A stretch of 64,000 bases of DNA from Tubulanus polymorphus (taxonomy: Eukaryota > Animalia > Nemertea): assembly GCF_964204645.1 (NCBI RefSeq), contig NC_134031.1, positions 8,618,001 to 8,682,000 on the forward strand, written 5' to 3'. Positions within the stretch are counted from its first letter, which is position 1; every line of letters starts with the position of its first letter. Below the pieces are notes generated by a model. That model did not search any database. It saw nothing but the letters and a program-made list of their open reading frames with translations, and was not told the DNA's origin. Of the stretch, positions 37,925-52,250 are shown in pieces. A program made the position numbers and the translations under genes.

Positions 37925-39664
37925 AAATAAATTGCCCATGGGCAAAGTGTGGTTAACCTTGAAATCTAGAGGTTGTTTGGAACAAGGGCATTGCTTGAAA
38001 AATCTTTTTAAATCGTGACTTCAAAGTTCCACAAGTTTATATTGTATTTTATCTTTCTTAAAGAATTATTTTGTAGTCAAATGAGACCAAAGATATATAT
38101 TTGGTTACGGTCCACGTCCAAAATTTTGTAGGGTACAGGTTGGCGCGGCAGGGAAACTATTTTATATTTTCAAAAAATAATATGTTTCACAATATGAAAA
38201 AAATATTAAAATAAGGCCATCCCAAAATAATTGTCTGTTTGCCGTAACACCGAATCAATTTTTCAGGATGAGTCGGCAGGTAGGTAGAAATTTTTTTTGC
38301 AAAATGTTTGGGCAAAAAAAAAATATATTTATCCCCTATTTTACATGGAAACAATATCGAAACAATATAGCGTAGATTTCGAGAATTATTCTAAAATTAT
38401 TACTTCGTCCAGAGCGTCATCTCCGTGTTAAAAATGAAAGAGTACATTGAATATATGCGTGCTTTTACCAGCTTTAATTTAGTCACTTAGAATGAATGGC
38501 AGCTTATTGGAACAATGCCAGTTTCCTGGAAAACTTAAATTAGGCCACATGTCAAGTCATGTTTTCACACGATGCACACTTGAATTCAAACAAAAGTAGC
38601 TCATACGTCGGCAGTTGGTCGGCCGTTTTTATCAAAACTAAAATTTATTTCAATGAATCCCAGAAAAAATGTTTTCACTCGGTACCTGTGAAGTCGGGTC
38701 GGTCGGGTTACGGCAAACAGACCATTAATATGGGATGGCCTAAACTTCATGTGATGTCGCTATATTAAATATTCAACGCCACCCTCAGATGTGTCATATC
38801 AGAGGGTGGCTGAATATTGGGTCTAGGGAAACCTCTTCCTATGTTGGCCGTGGAAGTTAAAATAAAGGTACAGAAGAAATCGGCTATTAGATCATTTTAA
38901 ATCCTGGAATTTACGACTACAATATTCAGACCTCGACTTATACTTGTAGCTTGCTGCTTAATATATTCAGATCACAAGAAATTACAATTTATTACAAATT
39001 CTATCAAACGGAAAACACAGCGCTCATCTTCTGCTACGATTTTTTAGCCTATTTTCATGTCAAACGTGCACGCATTACAGCATCACCTTTAGTAGTGTAC
39101 TGTACGAGCTTGTGTGTGTGTGGTGCTGTAGCACTCCGCGCGCACGTGGAGGCCTCGTGTAAGTGAATGTTAGCTTACACTTCAATGTCGATCAAAACAA
39201 TCACCGGGTATTAAAATGAAACAATACCTATGGCGGATGTGTGAAATAATTACATCCTCACCAGCAATGAGCATTTGAAATTCGCACGTATACGGCACCT
39301 AGTCCAATGAAATGTTCGCCATTCTATGGCTTGCCCATAATGATTTAGTAGCGCCGGTATTCCCCGTATATCCCCGAAACAGCCAATCCCATTCCGCTCA
39401 TAGAGACGACGCCCCCCAATCGAGGTCATTGCAATTTTATACGCGAGAGCTAAGAATTTTCCCGCCAAAAACAGTTTTTCGTAGAATTTTAACTCAGTTG
39501 ACCATGTCATCGACGGAGATTTGTCACGTCTTCAATCGCATCAATTATAAGTCGTTTAAGCCGAGAACCAATGAAACAAATGCTCACATAAAAAAACGTA
39601 CCGCGATTTTACATGAATTGGATCAATGCCAACCTCATACTGCTGACAAAAGTAAACCAAAAAG
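37925..39664 (-). mobile_element. HINE family A copy
   Basis: Reverse-complement homologue of 1129-3800. A partial copy follows at 40800-41677. Confidence 0.75.
38215..38740. mobile_element. MITE with TAA TSD nested in HINE A
   Basis: TIR GGCCATCCCA..TGTCTGTTTGCCGTAAC with TAA duplicated. Absent from other HINE A copies. Confidence 0.85.
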
Positions 39665-40800
39665 CTAGGCCGTAAGTAGGTAGCCAACAATGATCATAAT
39701 AGAACATGTCAGCAGCTATGATTTTTTAATCAATTGTGATAACAAAGTACACCTCGTTACCAATTTAATATGGAAATACTTAGTTATTCTACTATTCAAT
39801 GCCCCCTGGTGACCATATGCAAAACCCAATGACCTTGAACCTCATCACAATCATAGAACGTGTCTTGAACTACAACTTTGCAATTGATCATGGTAACAAA
39901 ATATGCCCAGGTACCAATCTTATAAGGAAATACTAAGTTATTCTACTATTCAACGCCCCCCTGGTGACCATACAGCATAACTAATGTTCTTGAAACTCAC
40001 CACACTCATAGATGATGTCATGAGCTACAACATTGCAATTGATTGTGGTAACAAAATATGCATTGATAGAATTATAATATAGAAATACTAAGATATTGTA
40101 TAATTCAACGCGCCCTGGTGGAAATATACAAAAACCAATGACCTTGAAAATCACCACAATCGTAGAACATGTTATAAGCTATAACTGTCTAATATATGCT
40201 TAGGTATCAATATAATGTCGAAAAACTTACTGAGTCCTGATGACACCAAGATGGCCACCAATTGCGTCATAATTGGCTGATCAAAAATACCGGTCTCAGG
40301 TATAAAACATCCCTTTCCAAAGAATACCCATCAGCAATTGCAATGAGAAATGGCAAACCAGTAGGAAGCTACAGGACTCAGAATTCTGTCCAAAATTGAC
40401 ATTTTTGATCACTAAAAAGGTCATAGGACAGCGATCTTGAATCCGATCGACCCAATTTTTCTTATGCTGATGGGCCCTTTGGGGATTCATATATACACGA
40501 AAGATCAAGGTAATTGTTCAAAGCGTCTTCAAAATTTCCCTCAAAAAGTTCAAAAACGTGTAAAAAGCGCTGATTTTGGCGAACAACAATGGCTGCCAGT
40601 CCGCCATCTTGATTCTGACAGGGCCAGTTTTTGGGCTGAAGATGTGTCTAGGGTAGATACATGTGTAACCCAAATATCAAGACATTAACTTGAAGCGTCC
40701 TCAAAACTTCCCAAAATAACTTGATTCCGTCTACGGACAGACGACGGACGAAAAGTGAACGCAATAGCCCGCTGGGACTAAAGTCCCAAGTGGGCTAAAA
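39665..40800 (-). mobile_element. HINE family B copy with ~3.5 tandem ~153-bp units
   Basis: Repeat unit at about 39795, 39948 and 40104. GGAC microsatellite, and hairpin CTGGGACTAAAGTCCCAAG before GTGGGCTAAAA. Confidence 0.75.
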
Positions 40801-41879
40801 ATATTCAAATAAAATTCATATGATATCACATATCAGAGGCTGCCTGAATATTGAGTCTTGGAAACGAAACCTCCTCCAATGTATGGCCGCGGAAGCTAAA
40901 ACCGGGGCGTAGTATTAGATCGTTTTAAATCCTGGAATTTACCACTTCAATATTCAGACCTCGACCTATACCTATAGTTTGCTGCTTAGTATTTTCAGGT
41001 CACAAGAAATTACAATTTATTACAAATCAAACAGAAAACACAGCGCTCATCTTCTGCTACGACGATTATTCAGCCTGTTATCATACCAAACGTGCACGCG
41101 CCATGCAGCGTTACAGCATCACCATATAGTAGTCTGTGTGAGCGTGTGTTTGTGTGTGCAACAGTCTAATGTTAGCGCTCCCACGCACGTGGAAGCCTGG
41201 ACTTTCGCTTCACTTCAATCTCAATCAACACAATCACCGGGTATTAAAATGAAACAATACCTATGGCGATATGTGAAATAATTATATTCTCACCAGCAAT
41301 GTGCATTTAAAATTCGCACATATACGACACCTAGTCCAATGAAACGTTCGCCATTAATGGCTTTCCCATAATTATTTCAGTAGCGCCGGAATTCCCCGTT
41401 AAACCCAAAACAGCCAATCACATTTGCTCGTAGAGACGATGCCCCCCAATCGAGGTCATTGCAATTTTATACGCAAGAGCTAAGAATTTTCCCGCCAAAA
41501 ACAGTTTTTCGTAAACAAAGTTGACCATGTCATCGACGGAGGTTCGTCATGTCTTCAATCGCATCGATTATACATCGTTTAACCCGAGAACCAATGAAAA
41601 AAATCCTCAAAAACGTACTGCGATTTTACATGAATTGGCTCAATGCCAACCTCATACTGCTGACAAAGGCAAACCAATCATTTAGTAATCAATTATTCAA
41701 TTTCAATCACATATCATTATGAACTGACCCAACTCTAATGATTTCATTATTAGTGTTTAACTTTTACAAATATTGTTGACAATATTATAATTGATTTGAT
41801 GTACGTTTAAATGTTTACGCCAAGTAACCAAATAAAATTGAATCTCATATAGAGTTTTCAATGTTCTTGGAATACATAA

Positions 41880-42522
41880 GGCGCGTTCACACGACGAAAT
41901 TTAGACCGGTCTAAATTTAGTCTAAAGAGCAAACCAGGTCCGGACCAAATTTTGGACCGGTCTAAATATGCGTGTGTGGACAGAAACTGGTACCAGGTCC
42001 GGTCTAAATCATAATTCTGAATCTCTGCGGTATAGATGTCGTGACCTCTGCGGCAGAGTGTGAGTCCAGTTTATTAAGTTTTAAATGCTTTTATTACCGT
42101 TTATATAATTATTCTTAAGAACTGTTTTACCTCCCTATACTATGGAAATGTTTGGAGCGTAATTCGTATTCGTATATCGCAATCATCATCCGTTTTACTG
42201 CCGTGCTTTGAACCATGTTTAAACGACACTTAGAGTTTCAGCGTGATAGAATAAAATTGAATTCGCAAAAATGTCTTAACCTGACAAGAGGATCGAATTG
42301 GTCAAATGTCTTGCTATACTTCGAATCTGGAAGCAAGACTTTATCCAGGTGCAATTGATTATTTAGCAGATGGCGACATCTTGTGGGCCCGGTGACAAGC
42401 GATTTTATTACCGCGTTTCAAAACGCTGTGTGAACGCTCACCAAAATTTGGTCCGGTCTAAATTTGGACCACACCAGGTACGGACCCATTTAGACCGGTC
42501 TAACTAGTTGTCGTGTGAACGC
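41880..42522. mobile_element. Harbinger-like MITE with internal palindromes
   Basis: GCGTTCACACGAC ... GTCGTGTGAACGC, with repeated TTTAGACCGGTCTAAA subterminal motifs. Confidence 0.7.
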
Positions 42523-42759
42523 TGTTGTACTGCGAAAATGTTGTTTTGTGATAAATCCAACTTCAAAACTATAGACTTCATTAAGATAGAAGCAAATTAC
42601 TCTTAGTGACGTCACTATTGTGTATAGGCCTACAATGATTCTGTGGTCCCTCACTACGCATAACTAGCTTTGCATTCTGCATCACGTAAATACTACCGTA
42701 TGGCCCAGTGTCATTTCTAACAAACACTTTTTTATATTTCAGTAAACATCCAAGATTTA

Positions 42760-43550
42760 GTATAGTATATTATAGTTTATTTTGCATAATAGATTGATAC
42801 AAAGATATGTTATTATACAATATGATATGGAACAGTATGTTTATATAATAACAATCAATCATTGTAGCAATAGATTATGCAAGGAACAAGGAAAAGCCAA
42901 AGTTGGCTTAAACTAGTCCTAATCCCTCGTCCATTCACTCCCACATGCACACCCTCATTCACTCTCACATGCACAAGTTACCAAACATTAGGATACATAC
43001 ATACATTCAAAATGGAAAAAAAAGCGAGTAGCACGCAAAGGGTATCAATCAATAGTTAGAACTAAGGAAATGATGAAGTCTATTTTTAAAAGCTGATGGA
43101 GATTGAGGGCATTTGAGGCTTGTGCTTAAACTGTTCCAGAATTTGGCCCCTTGGATTTTGACAGACTTGTATTTGTAATTGGATTTAGCAAATGCTTTAT
43201 ATATTTGTATAGGTCCCGCAGCCTGTGAGTCGGCCTACATCTATAAATGTTGTTTCTGAAGTTAAAGAAATGATTTAAAACTTCAGGTAGGAGATGGCTA
43301 ACCTGTTGGAAGACAAAATAACCAATTTGGAATTTGTGGATATCTTCCAGTTTTAGAATATGTAGTTTAAGAAATATTGGAGAGGTGTGTTCAAGCCAAT
43401 AGTATTGAGTAATGGTTCTAAGGGCCCTTTTTGTAGTATAAATAAAGGTTGTAAATATGATGTACAGGCGTTACCCCAAACAAGATTTGCATATTCCAAA
43501 TGCGAGTGGACAAAACAATGATAGAGATTTTTACATAAATAGACAGTAAA
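42760..43550 (-). mobile_element. 3' fragment of a CR1/L2-clade LINE
   Basis: KNLYHCFVHSHLEYANLVWGNACTSYLQPLFILQK and GAKFWNSL..SAFKNRL, followed by a 3' UTR. Confidence 0.75.
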
Positions 43551-44497
43551 AGAAAACATTATCATTACCAGCCATGAAGATAAAAACTCTGCTAAGTCTT
43601 AGGATAAAAAGAATGAATATTTCCATTCGTTTCAATTCATCTTTAGCTTAGTAAATCAAAATTTATAAATGCTTGCCGAGCTTTATGATATAATTCAATT
43701 ATATAGATTCATAAAAGATCATCAAACTATTTTTAGGCACGTAGGCCTGCCAATCACCTGCAGAAAAGTGCTTCAAACAATGTGCCGACAATCGCCGTCT
43801 AACCAAAGGCTATAAAAATGCCCACACTTAAACTAGTTGATTTGACCCCAAAATGCTGGGAAAAAGCATCTGAGCACCTACAACTATAAATATTTCTGGA
43901 CCCCGTTCCAATTGAGGGCTCGTGCCTTTTGCGCTCATTTTCTGAGGACCGCCATGGTTTATTTTCAACTCAAGCAAGGACACTGCATTGTTAAAATATA
44001 ATCAATACTTAATTTAGGTGGATCATGATAAATGGATAAATATATGACCCAGGAACCAGTTTTTTCGTTTGATTCTAACCTCAATGACGATTTATTTGCT
44101 TGCTAAGAGGAATAATAAATCCTGTACGAAAGCACACTGTCAACATTAGTACCTGTTATTTCTATTGCTTATGAATAATTGATGACTAGTGATACCTGCA
44201 CTCTAATACATCATATCTCATTGTGGGAAATGATATCTGATCGAACATAACTTTTTCTGAGTAGATTTTCCTTAACATCTACTGTTTAATAGATTACTAC
44301 ATAGGTGTAGGGTTCTACTTCCATGGATGAAATCATATCAACAGTGCGATTTGCAGATCGATGTGCTTTGCACTATTTTTTAGAGCAACTCTGATAACAT
44401 ATATCCAGAAATCAAATTAGTTCATGTGATCATCTGAGGTTATCAATGAATTCCATGACAAATATATCTGTCAAAATATCCAAAATAGCATACATAC

Positions 44498-44580
44498 CTC
44501 TTGTGGGGGTACGTCAAATGATACAGTTCTCAAATCAACCTTTCTATAACTTTCAATGCACGGTAATACAAAGAATATAC
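44498..44580 (-). CDS. Stomatin exon (GIFFVLPCIESYRKVDLRTVSFDVPPQE)
   Basis: 83 nt, phase 1 to 0, TTTGTAG acceptor and GTATGT donor. Confidence 0.97.
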
Positions 44581-45371
44581 CTACAAATAGTCAAGTAAAA
44601 TGAAAATGAAATTATATTTGAAGAATTAATAAAAAGCACATTACATTCAAGTGTAACCTCAAATTCTATTCATTGATAAGACACTGTAGATTATCAAATA
44701 GAGTTGATAAAGCAAGGGGGTTAACATATTTCCAAGCATGTGTGTCAACCTATGATAGTATATAATTTTGGCTGAACTTTTAGTAGAAAATTTTGAGTTC
44801 ATTCATATAAGTTATCATATGAAGGTCTACTAGTAGTAAAGATCAAGATGTAAACATCAAAGTAGTATGTTAACTATCATCATAAAGACATAAATGTCAC
44901 CCGATCAAAATCGTACAAATCCTGAATACTACGATAAAAGAAGCATTTTATGATAAAGTCTGAATGACTCAATTATTCCAATGATGATGGACCCTTAGAG
45001 GATCCATATACATGTACATATGACGGGTATTGATCAAAGCATCTTCCAAGATATTTCAGATATTTCCAATGTATCTAATGGAAATTTTGAAATAAGGGAC
45101 ACTTCAAAAATTAGGGCAATTCTAAGGGAATTGGAAGGGGACTTTCCGAAAAAGGGGATCCTCGAACCCCCATTGGCACATGCATGGACTATAAGTTAAG
45201 AACTGCTGATATTTTCATAAAAAACGTTTTTCCATCAATGAATGAGGACTGATGACATTTAAGATGGCTGCCGATTGCATCACGCTTGACTGATCAAAGA
45301 ATTGACAATAGACTGACAAAAAAACTCGAGAATTTCAACGAAAAACTAGATGAGTTGGTACACCTTTTACG

Positions 45372-46276
45372 TATGGAACGCGATAAATGAAAAAAATATT
45401 TGCGCTGCACCGACGTAATGTTTTTTGCAATGTAATCGTGTCCCGACATAAGATTAAGAATTCGCTACGATATATATTTTTACAGTGACATATCTTAATT
45501 TGACGACGTAATACACATGCATTTGTGACGACGTAAGTTCTTGCAACGACGTAAGTTTTGCGATGAGGTAGCCCACATATCGACGTAGTTATGAATTTTC
45601 AAAGACGTAAGTTATTGCGACGACATGAATTATTTCCGAAAATCACCACCAGTTCATTCAATTGGGCACTGGCTACTGTGGCAATCGAGGATTCCATTTA
45701 TGGCATGCAAGGATCTGCCAGGTTCGCTAGTGGTTACTCTGTTACTTTGCTTCAATTTCTTCCACATTTCAATTGAATCTCGAATCATTTTTCTCATCAG
45801 CAAATCTTTTTTCAGTAAAACTATACCTCTCATCGGCTAATCTTTTTTCAATAAAACTATACCATACATTTATCAGGGACGCCAATCTTACGTATATTTG
45901 ATGATTGTTTGACAAATTTCCATCTGGGAGCCAAAAAATCCAATTCAAAGTTCATTTAATGAACTAATTTTCACTATAACTGAGTGCATTGTTGCGCCAT
46001 CTGTTGTGTGCCCATACCCCATTGCAATTCAATTAAATACAATTGAAGAAAATTGAATGAAAATCTGCAATGCAACCTGGGTGTGATCTTCGAAAATAAC
46101 TTGTGTTGTCGCAAAAGCTTACGTCGTCACAAATGCATTTGTATTATGTCGTCACTTTGCTGTAAAAATATGTCGTCGGAAATTCTTAATCTTATGTTGG
46201 GACGCGATAACGTTGCAAAAAACATAGGCCTATGTCGGTGCAGTGCTCATATTTCTTTCATTTATCGCGTTCCATA
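45372..46276. mobile_element. Long-TIR non-autonomous DNA transposon
   Basis: TATGGAACGCGATAAATGAAA ... TTTCATTTATCGCGTTCCATA with ~190-bp inverted arms. It interrupts a repeat that is intact at ~29475. Confidence 0.75.
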
Positions 46277-46580
46277 TTGATGCCCCCGCTTACAAGCTAT
46301 GTCTATACTGGATCAATTCCTCAGCTAACAATCTGTAACACTGTCTACACCAATTGAGAACACTGAGGTATTGTAGCTAGGTAGATATTTTTTGGTTATG
46401 AACCTCATACTATGTCAAACCTGTTTACCAAGCTTTAGATATTTATTATTCATCAAACCTGTGTACCAAGTTTTAGATATTTATCTATTGTTTTTAGAAT
46501 GTACCTTGGACCATTTCCTACCTGTGTACTAAGTTTGAAAAAAATTTCTCGAGAAATGAAGGCTGTTTTTTTACCGTTAA

Positions 46581-46871
46581 CCCTTTCAGTGCTGACTAAT
46601 CAATACCCTATAATAGTGCTGGAGATAATTTGAAAATTTTGAAAAATTGCACCCTAGTGCGTTGAATAACGGGAATACCACTATAGTGCGTCTACACCGC
46701 CGTGCAGTGTATTGTTAGTTACTAATATTTCACTATGTTTGACAGGTGCTACTAAATTTCAATAGGGATAAAAACTAATTACTAATTACATCAATACACC
46801 GCAGTGTGGTGTACTATCAAAATCCATCACCGATTCATACACTGCACTGCGGTGTAGACGCACTGAAAGGG
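46581..46871. mobile_element. piggyBac-type MITE
   Basis: TTAA-CCCTTTCAGTGC ... GCACTGAAAGGG-TTAA. Confidence 0.85.
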
Positions 46872-47770
46872 TTAAACAGACATTTTTCCCCAGCCAAAAG
46901 TGGTCTCATTTTCCCCAGCCAAAAGTGGTCTTATTTTCCCCAGATCCTCTTAGGAATTGCGAAAAAATTGACTATTCGTTCTCCAAAGACTTTAAAGTAT
47001 TCCTATTCTAGTTTATTTCATTGTTATGATCTGTTTTAATAATAAAATGCATGGTTGATGCTGTAGTGTAGTAGTAACAGCGCATAAGCCATACCTACCT
47101 TCCCTACAAAGCATAGAGTAATCGCCCAGACAATAGGTCAATGACATTCCTACCCACCAGGGTAGTGTTTAGTGTTACCATCTCGGAAACCTTGGAAGGC
47201 TCTATCGTGCTAACGTTTTCCAATGCAGCCCCCTGGTGGCAACAATTTATACTACAGCGACCTAATTTCATGTTCAACAAAATTTGCCAGCACTTCTCTG
47301 CACTACGTCTGCATAAAATCTTATGATCCTAGGTGAAATGCTTCCAGTAGTTATAGATGTTTATAAGTATGCGGCAGCGGCAGACAGACACGTCAAAATC
47401 TATATGCCCCGACCGATTAACATCGAGCTTGGCGTAATGACAAACCATTAGGAAAATACAGGCCTCATAAACGAGGTCACAGTATGGGGCATTTGTGTCC
47501 AATTCTTCTTTGGCTGAAGGGGGATACAAACATATATAAAAGATCAAGATAATTGATTGAAGCGTCTTCAACATTTCCCTTGAAAAATGCACAAAAAGTG
47601 CTGATTTCCGCGAACAACAATGGACACCAGTCAGTGATCTTGATTCTAACCAGGCCAGTTTTTGGGCTGTAGATGTGTCTAGGCTAGATACATGTACATA
47701 TAAACCAAATATCAAGACAATCCATTGATTCCCGAAATTCAGTTGGACATATGTCGATGGTAAGACTTAC

Positions 47771-47843
47771 CAGGTCCTTTAGCGCCTCCATGTAATAAGC
47801 GACCAAGTCTGAATATAACAGCTCTCTCATACTCCTGAACCAC
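47771..47843 (-). CDS. Stomatin exon (VVQEYERAVIFRLGRLLHGGAKGPG)
   Basis: 73 nt, phase 0 to 1, AG acceptor and GTAAGT donor. Not in the ORF track. Confidence 0.97.
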
Positions 47844-48322
47844 CTACTCACAAACAGAAACAAAGTATTTCTACATTAATTTTATATTCAAGACAATTCA
47901 GAAATGCTGGACATTCTCATAATTCTAAATTTCAACACCCCAGGGTGAACATAAACAGAAACCAATGACCTTGAAACTTGCCACAATCATTAAGCATGTC
48001 ATGACCTACAACTTTGCAATTGAATGTGATTAATGCATAGACTGCTATATACGGGTAAATGGAAATACTGCAATTTCACCATCCAACGCCCCCTGATGAA
48101 ATGATGCTGAAGCCAATGACCTTGAAAATCACCTCAATCATAATAACTAGGAATAGAATCGCTTGCATGTGTGCGCAATCCGTCAGATAATAATGGCCGA
48201 GTTCATAAAGTTGCCCAGCTGGCTGTCAAAATTATCGACAGATATGGGTCTATTTTTTCCCTTGGATGGTAGTAGAGGTGATTTTGATCGACAAATTCAA
48301 ATTAACTTTTAAAGATTTATTG

Positions 48323-49456
48323 CGGTGTTGTCATATCGCGGAAAGACGGAATCGCGGAATTTTCCAAAAACGCGGAATTTCTTCATTTTAACTATAAATA
48401 GTAAACGGGTTTTCCCACGGGGATACCCACTGTCGGACAGGGCATCGGACCCAGGTTTTCAACCACGGGAATTAGTATTTGATAATTTATTATATCGCCA
48501 GTCAACAACTTAACGATACTGTTCCAAATAATGTAGAACCTAGGCAATACGTGCTTTGCGAATTCAGTGATACAGAGTATCGCTGCATTAACTGAAGGAA
48601 TACAAATCGATGGTACGTAAACGTAGGATTTTTGATGACACCATGGGTCATTCTCCAGGACTCAGTTCCGAGTTAAGATTTGACTCTGGTCTCTGGATTT
48701 AAAACATTGGAAATGAATTGATTCTCAGTAACTCAGAGTTAACTCACAACTGTGGAACTGGATCGATGTCAGACGAAAATAAATAGACATTATGTACATT
48801 TCATTCTGGCTTAGGATTGTTCATGCGTGTTGTGTGTCTACATTGTTGTTATAAGCGAATGTGGTTTATCTTTTAGAATTAAATGATATGAAAGATTATA
48901 AAATGGTTTCGTTTTTTTTAATGTTTTCTTTGTGACTGCTATAACATATATGTTCCTATGCTGATTATTTGGATCAAAAGAATCTCATTGGTACCGGTAC
49001 TGGACGAATTTGACGAAGGAATTTGAACCGATTCTTGTTTGGTCGTAGGATTTCATGTTTGCAACCATCTACAACTACGGTCCGACACCGCGAACGTGCT
49101 CAATATTTATCTGATAATATTCGTTTCTGAAGTTCTCAAAAAGTCGATGAACTTCGATAACCGAAGTTTGCCCAGTAGAAATAGACATTAGGTGCCTGGT
49201 CTCTTTCACCCCACTTGATTCTGACTTCTTCTACAGGTGGCAGCCAGTCAACGGTATCGTAATATAATAATTCCATATAAAATTGCCTGCAAATAATGGG
49301 ACTCGAACCTAACTCGTTGCATCGATCGGTCCGGTGCCTTGTCCGACAGTGGGTATCCCCGTGGGAAAACCCGTTTTCTATTTAAAGTAAAAATGAAGAA
49401 ATTCCGCGTTTTTGGAAAATTCCGCGATTCCGTCTTTCCGCGATATGACAACACCG
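48323..49456. mobile_element. Non-autonomous Mutator-like (MULE) element
   Basis: ~130-bp TIRs CGGTGTTGTCATATCGCGG... and 9-bp TSD GATTTATTG (48314-48322, 49457-49465). Confidence 0.9.
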
Positions 49457-50496
49457 GATTTATTGTATCCTAAATTCATATCCAACGACTGATTGCCTCC
49501 CGGAGCCGTTAAGATTATCATGCTGGAGTGACATATAAGCAGTACTATTACAGCCAGAGTAAGGATACAATATAATACAATATTGGTAATGTATATAGTG
49601 CTATACCAATGGGGATTAACTTATTGTCAAGTCAGGATTTTTGTGTTTTTTTTGGTCACTTGAGTTGAGTTTTCCGCATACCCACCTACGTTTAAAATTT
49701 CCACAGGATAAGAAACAAGGTATCAATTACTTGTGGCCTAATGTGGAATAACTTTTTCCCACCTACGAATGAGTACTGATGACACCACGATAGCTGCCAA
49801 TTGCGTCATAATTGGCTAATACAAAAATAAAATCAGGTATAAAACATCCCTTTCCAAAGAATACCCAGCACAAATTGCAATGAGAAATGGCAAACCAGTA
49901 GGAAGCTACAGGACTCAAGCGATAATCGATATTTTTGGTCAGTAAAAAGGTTACAGGACAGCCATCATGAGTACGATCGACCCAATTTTTTTTTCTTCAA
50001 AACTTCCCAAAATAACTGGATTCCGTCTGCCGACGGATGGACGAAAAGTGGACAAATTAGCCCATTGGGAATAAAGTGCCAAGTGGTGCAAAAAAGCGTC
50101 ATGATCTACAATTTCATTGATTAAAAAATTCGCATTGGACCGAAAACAAAGCAATCATACTATAATTGGCTTAGATGTTGAAATATATTTCAAGGAACTC
50201 CTCTATCATTGTAGCATTTTAGGTTATCATATTCACACCGCTAATGTGTGTATATTTGCATCCAAGAATGATTTTGTGTTAATAAATAGCATATGCCAAA
50301 AAGTAAACTTTTATTCACTGCCCTGGCACTATCATAGTTCCAGATTTTATTGAATGACATGTCCTCAATCGCATCAATTATGCATCCTTTAGGCTGAGAA
50401 CCAATGAAACAAATGCTCACACAAAAAATGTACCACGATTTTACATTATCGGTTCAATGCCAATTTCACTATCACTAACAAAGGTAAACCAAAACT

Positions 50497-52250
50497 AATA
50501 AACAAGAGCCCCAAGGGGCACTATGGCCAGCCTGTCAGCCTTCCATAAAATAACAAATGATGCATTCTGTGGGTTATATTTGTCAAAATACACTCCCAGC
50601 TCAAGAGTCAATACCTATAATTTACACAGTACAATCGTGTTTTCATAAGTAACACAGACGGGGAACTGGCAAGAACAAATACATCAGATCAATCTTTCCC
50701 CTTGGTCTTATTGATTTGAATGCAGAATAGAATTGAATTGGATTTTCTGAAATTTGCTCAACAAAACAAATTTGATTTGGATTTGATGTTTCATTTGTTT
50801 AATAAAGTAAAATTGAATTGGATTTTATATTTTTTGCGGAATAAAATTTGATTGAATTTGCAGTTTGAGCACATGGCTAATTAGCATATCATGGTAATCC
50901 ACCCGAAAAAACGCTATTTTTCGCATACTTTGCATAATTGTCAATGATATTTTCTGTAGTGCAAATAAAAATATTCCTCCCAAAAACCAAATCAACTAAA
51001 AATTTCACAGAAATCAAGTCTTGAAATACAAATTTAAATCTTAAAATAAAACCCGGAAGTAAAACAGTAGATGATACCGCAGGTTCACGTGAACACCTGA
51101 TGATTTCAGCGGCTAAGCCAATCATAGAGGAGTGTGCTTTCTGTTTGGCTCTTTAAAACTGATATTTTTGTATTCAGATTTTCACGAAAAAGCTCATATA
51201 AATTTTAACAAGGCCCTTTTTCAAAATTTGGCTCACTACGATTTGCAGAATGGATAATGCTTTAATGAATGATATGCATGAATATACGCTCAGTTGTACA
51301 GTCACAGTAGGGCCTTTGCTTTGGAATCCATGCCATTTAAGGGAGCATCTCAAAATTTCAATAGTTGCATATGTAAGATTTTACAAGCGCCACCCGTACA
51401 GCACCCCCCAGAGATTAAATTTGGAAAACCACTCAATAAGTTTTTAGCCCTTGGCCCATAGTATCGACATACCAAGTTTCGTCAACATCAGACTATAATT
51501 GTAGGAAGAACAACGATTTAAAGATTTTACAAGTGTGACCTGTACAGCGCCCCCTAAAGTTCAAATTGGGAAAACGGCTCTATTACTTTTTAGCCCTTGG
51601 CTTGTAGTATCTACGTACTAAGTTTCGTCAACATCGGCCAATAATTGTAGGACAAGTAGCAATTTAAAGATTTTACAAGCGCCACCCGTACAGGCCCCCC
51701 TAGAGATCATATTGGGAAAACGGCTCAATGACTTATTAGCTCTTGACCCATATTAGCTCTTAACCTGCCGGCAGCTTTAATGTTCAGTCCTATGTGTAAC
51801 AGGTGATTTGCGTGTTAATGAAATTTACTCATCAAATTTACTCATAACTTCCAAACTATTGTATATAGGGCATTGAAACTTGACAAAGTTGTAGTTTATA
51901 GTCATATCCATGGGATAGTGCTGAAAAACTAAACTTCCAATTTTTGAAAGAGGGGGTCCACTGGGTGGGGTCAGAATTCTTCAAAATATCAAAATGAGAA
52001 ATTACTTCCGGGTTCGGATTCTCCAGTATCGGCAGTGCCGTGCGTTAAGAACTACGTCTCAACGCGCTTCGAGGCAAACAAAAGCAAGATAGGTCGGGCT
52101 GTCGACTACAGTCGCCAACGGCAGTTCCCCAGTGTGTCAACTACAGTCGCCTACGGCAAGTTGAGGGTTAGCTTCATACCAAGTTTGGTCAAGATTAGAA
52201 AAGAACTGTAGCCCTAGTAGCAAATTGAAGCAAAAGTTGACGGATGGATC
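50497..52250 (-). mobile_element. HINE-like family C with ~145-bp tandem repeats
   Basis: End AAACAAGAGCCCCAAGGGGCACTATGGCCAG is shared with 21969. Unit AAGATTTTACAAG at about 51376, 51521 and 51667. Confidence 0.5.

Noticed and set aside
39740-40200. Regularly spaced repeats resembling a CRISPR array
   Set aside because: Whole ~153-bp units are homologous with no unique spacers, there are no cas genes, and the context is a eukaryotic HINE.
48325-49454. Pair of near-identical ORFs MLSYRGKTESRNF on opposite strands (similarly 30624-31599)
   Set aside because: They are translations of terminal inverted repeats.
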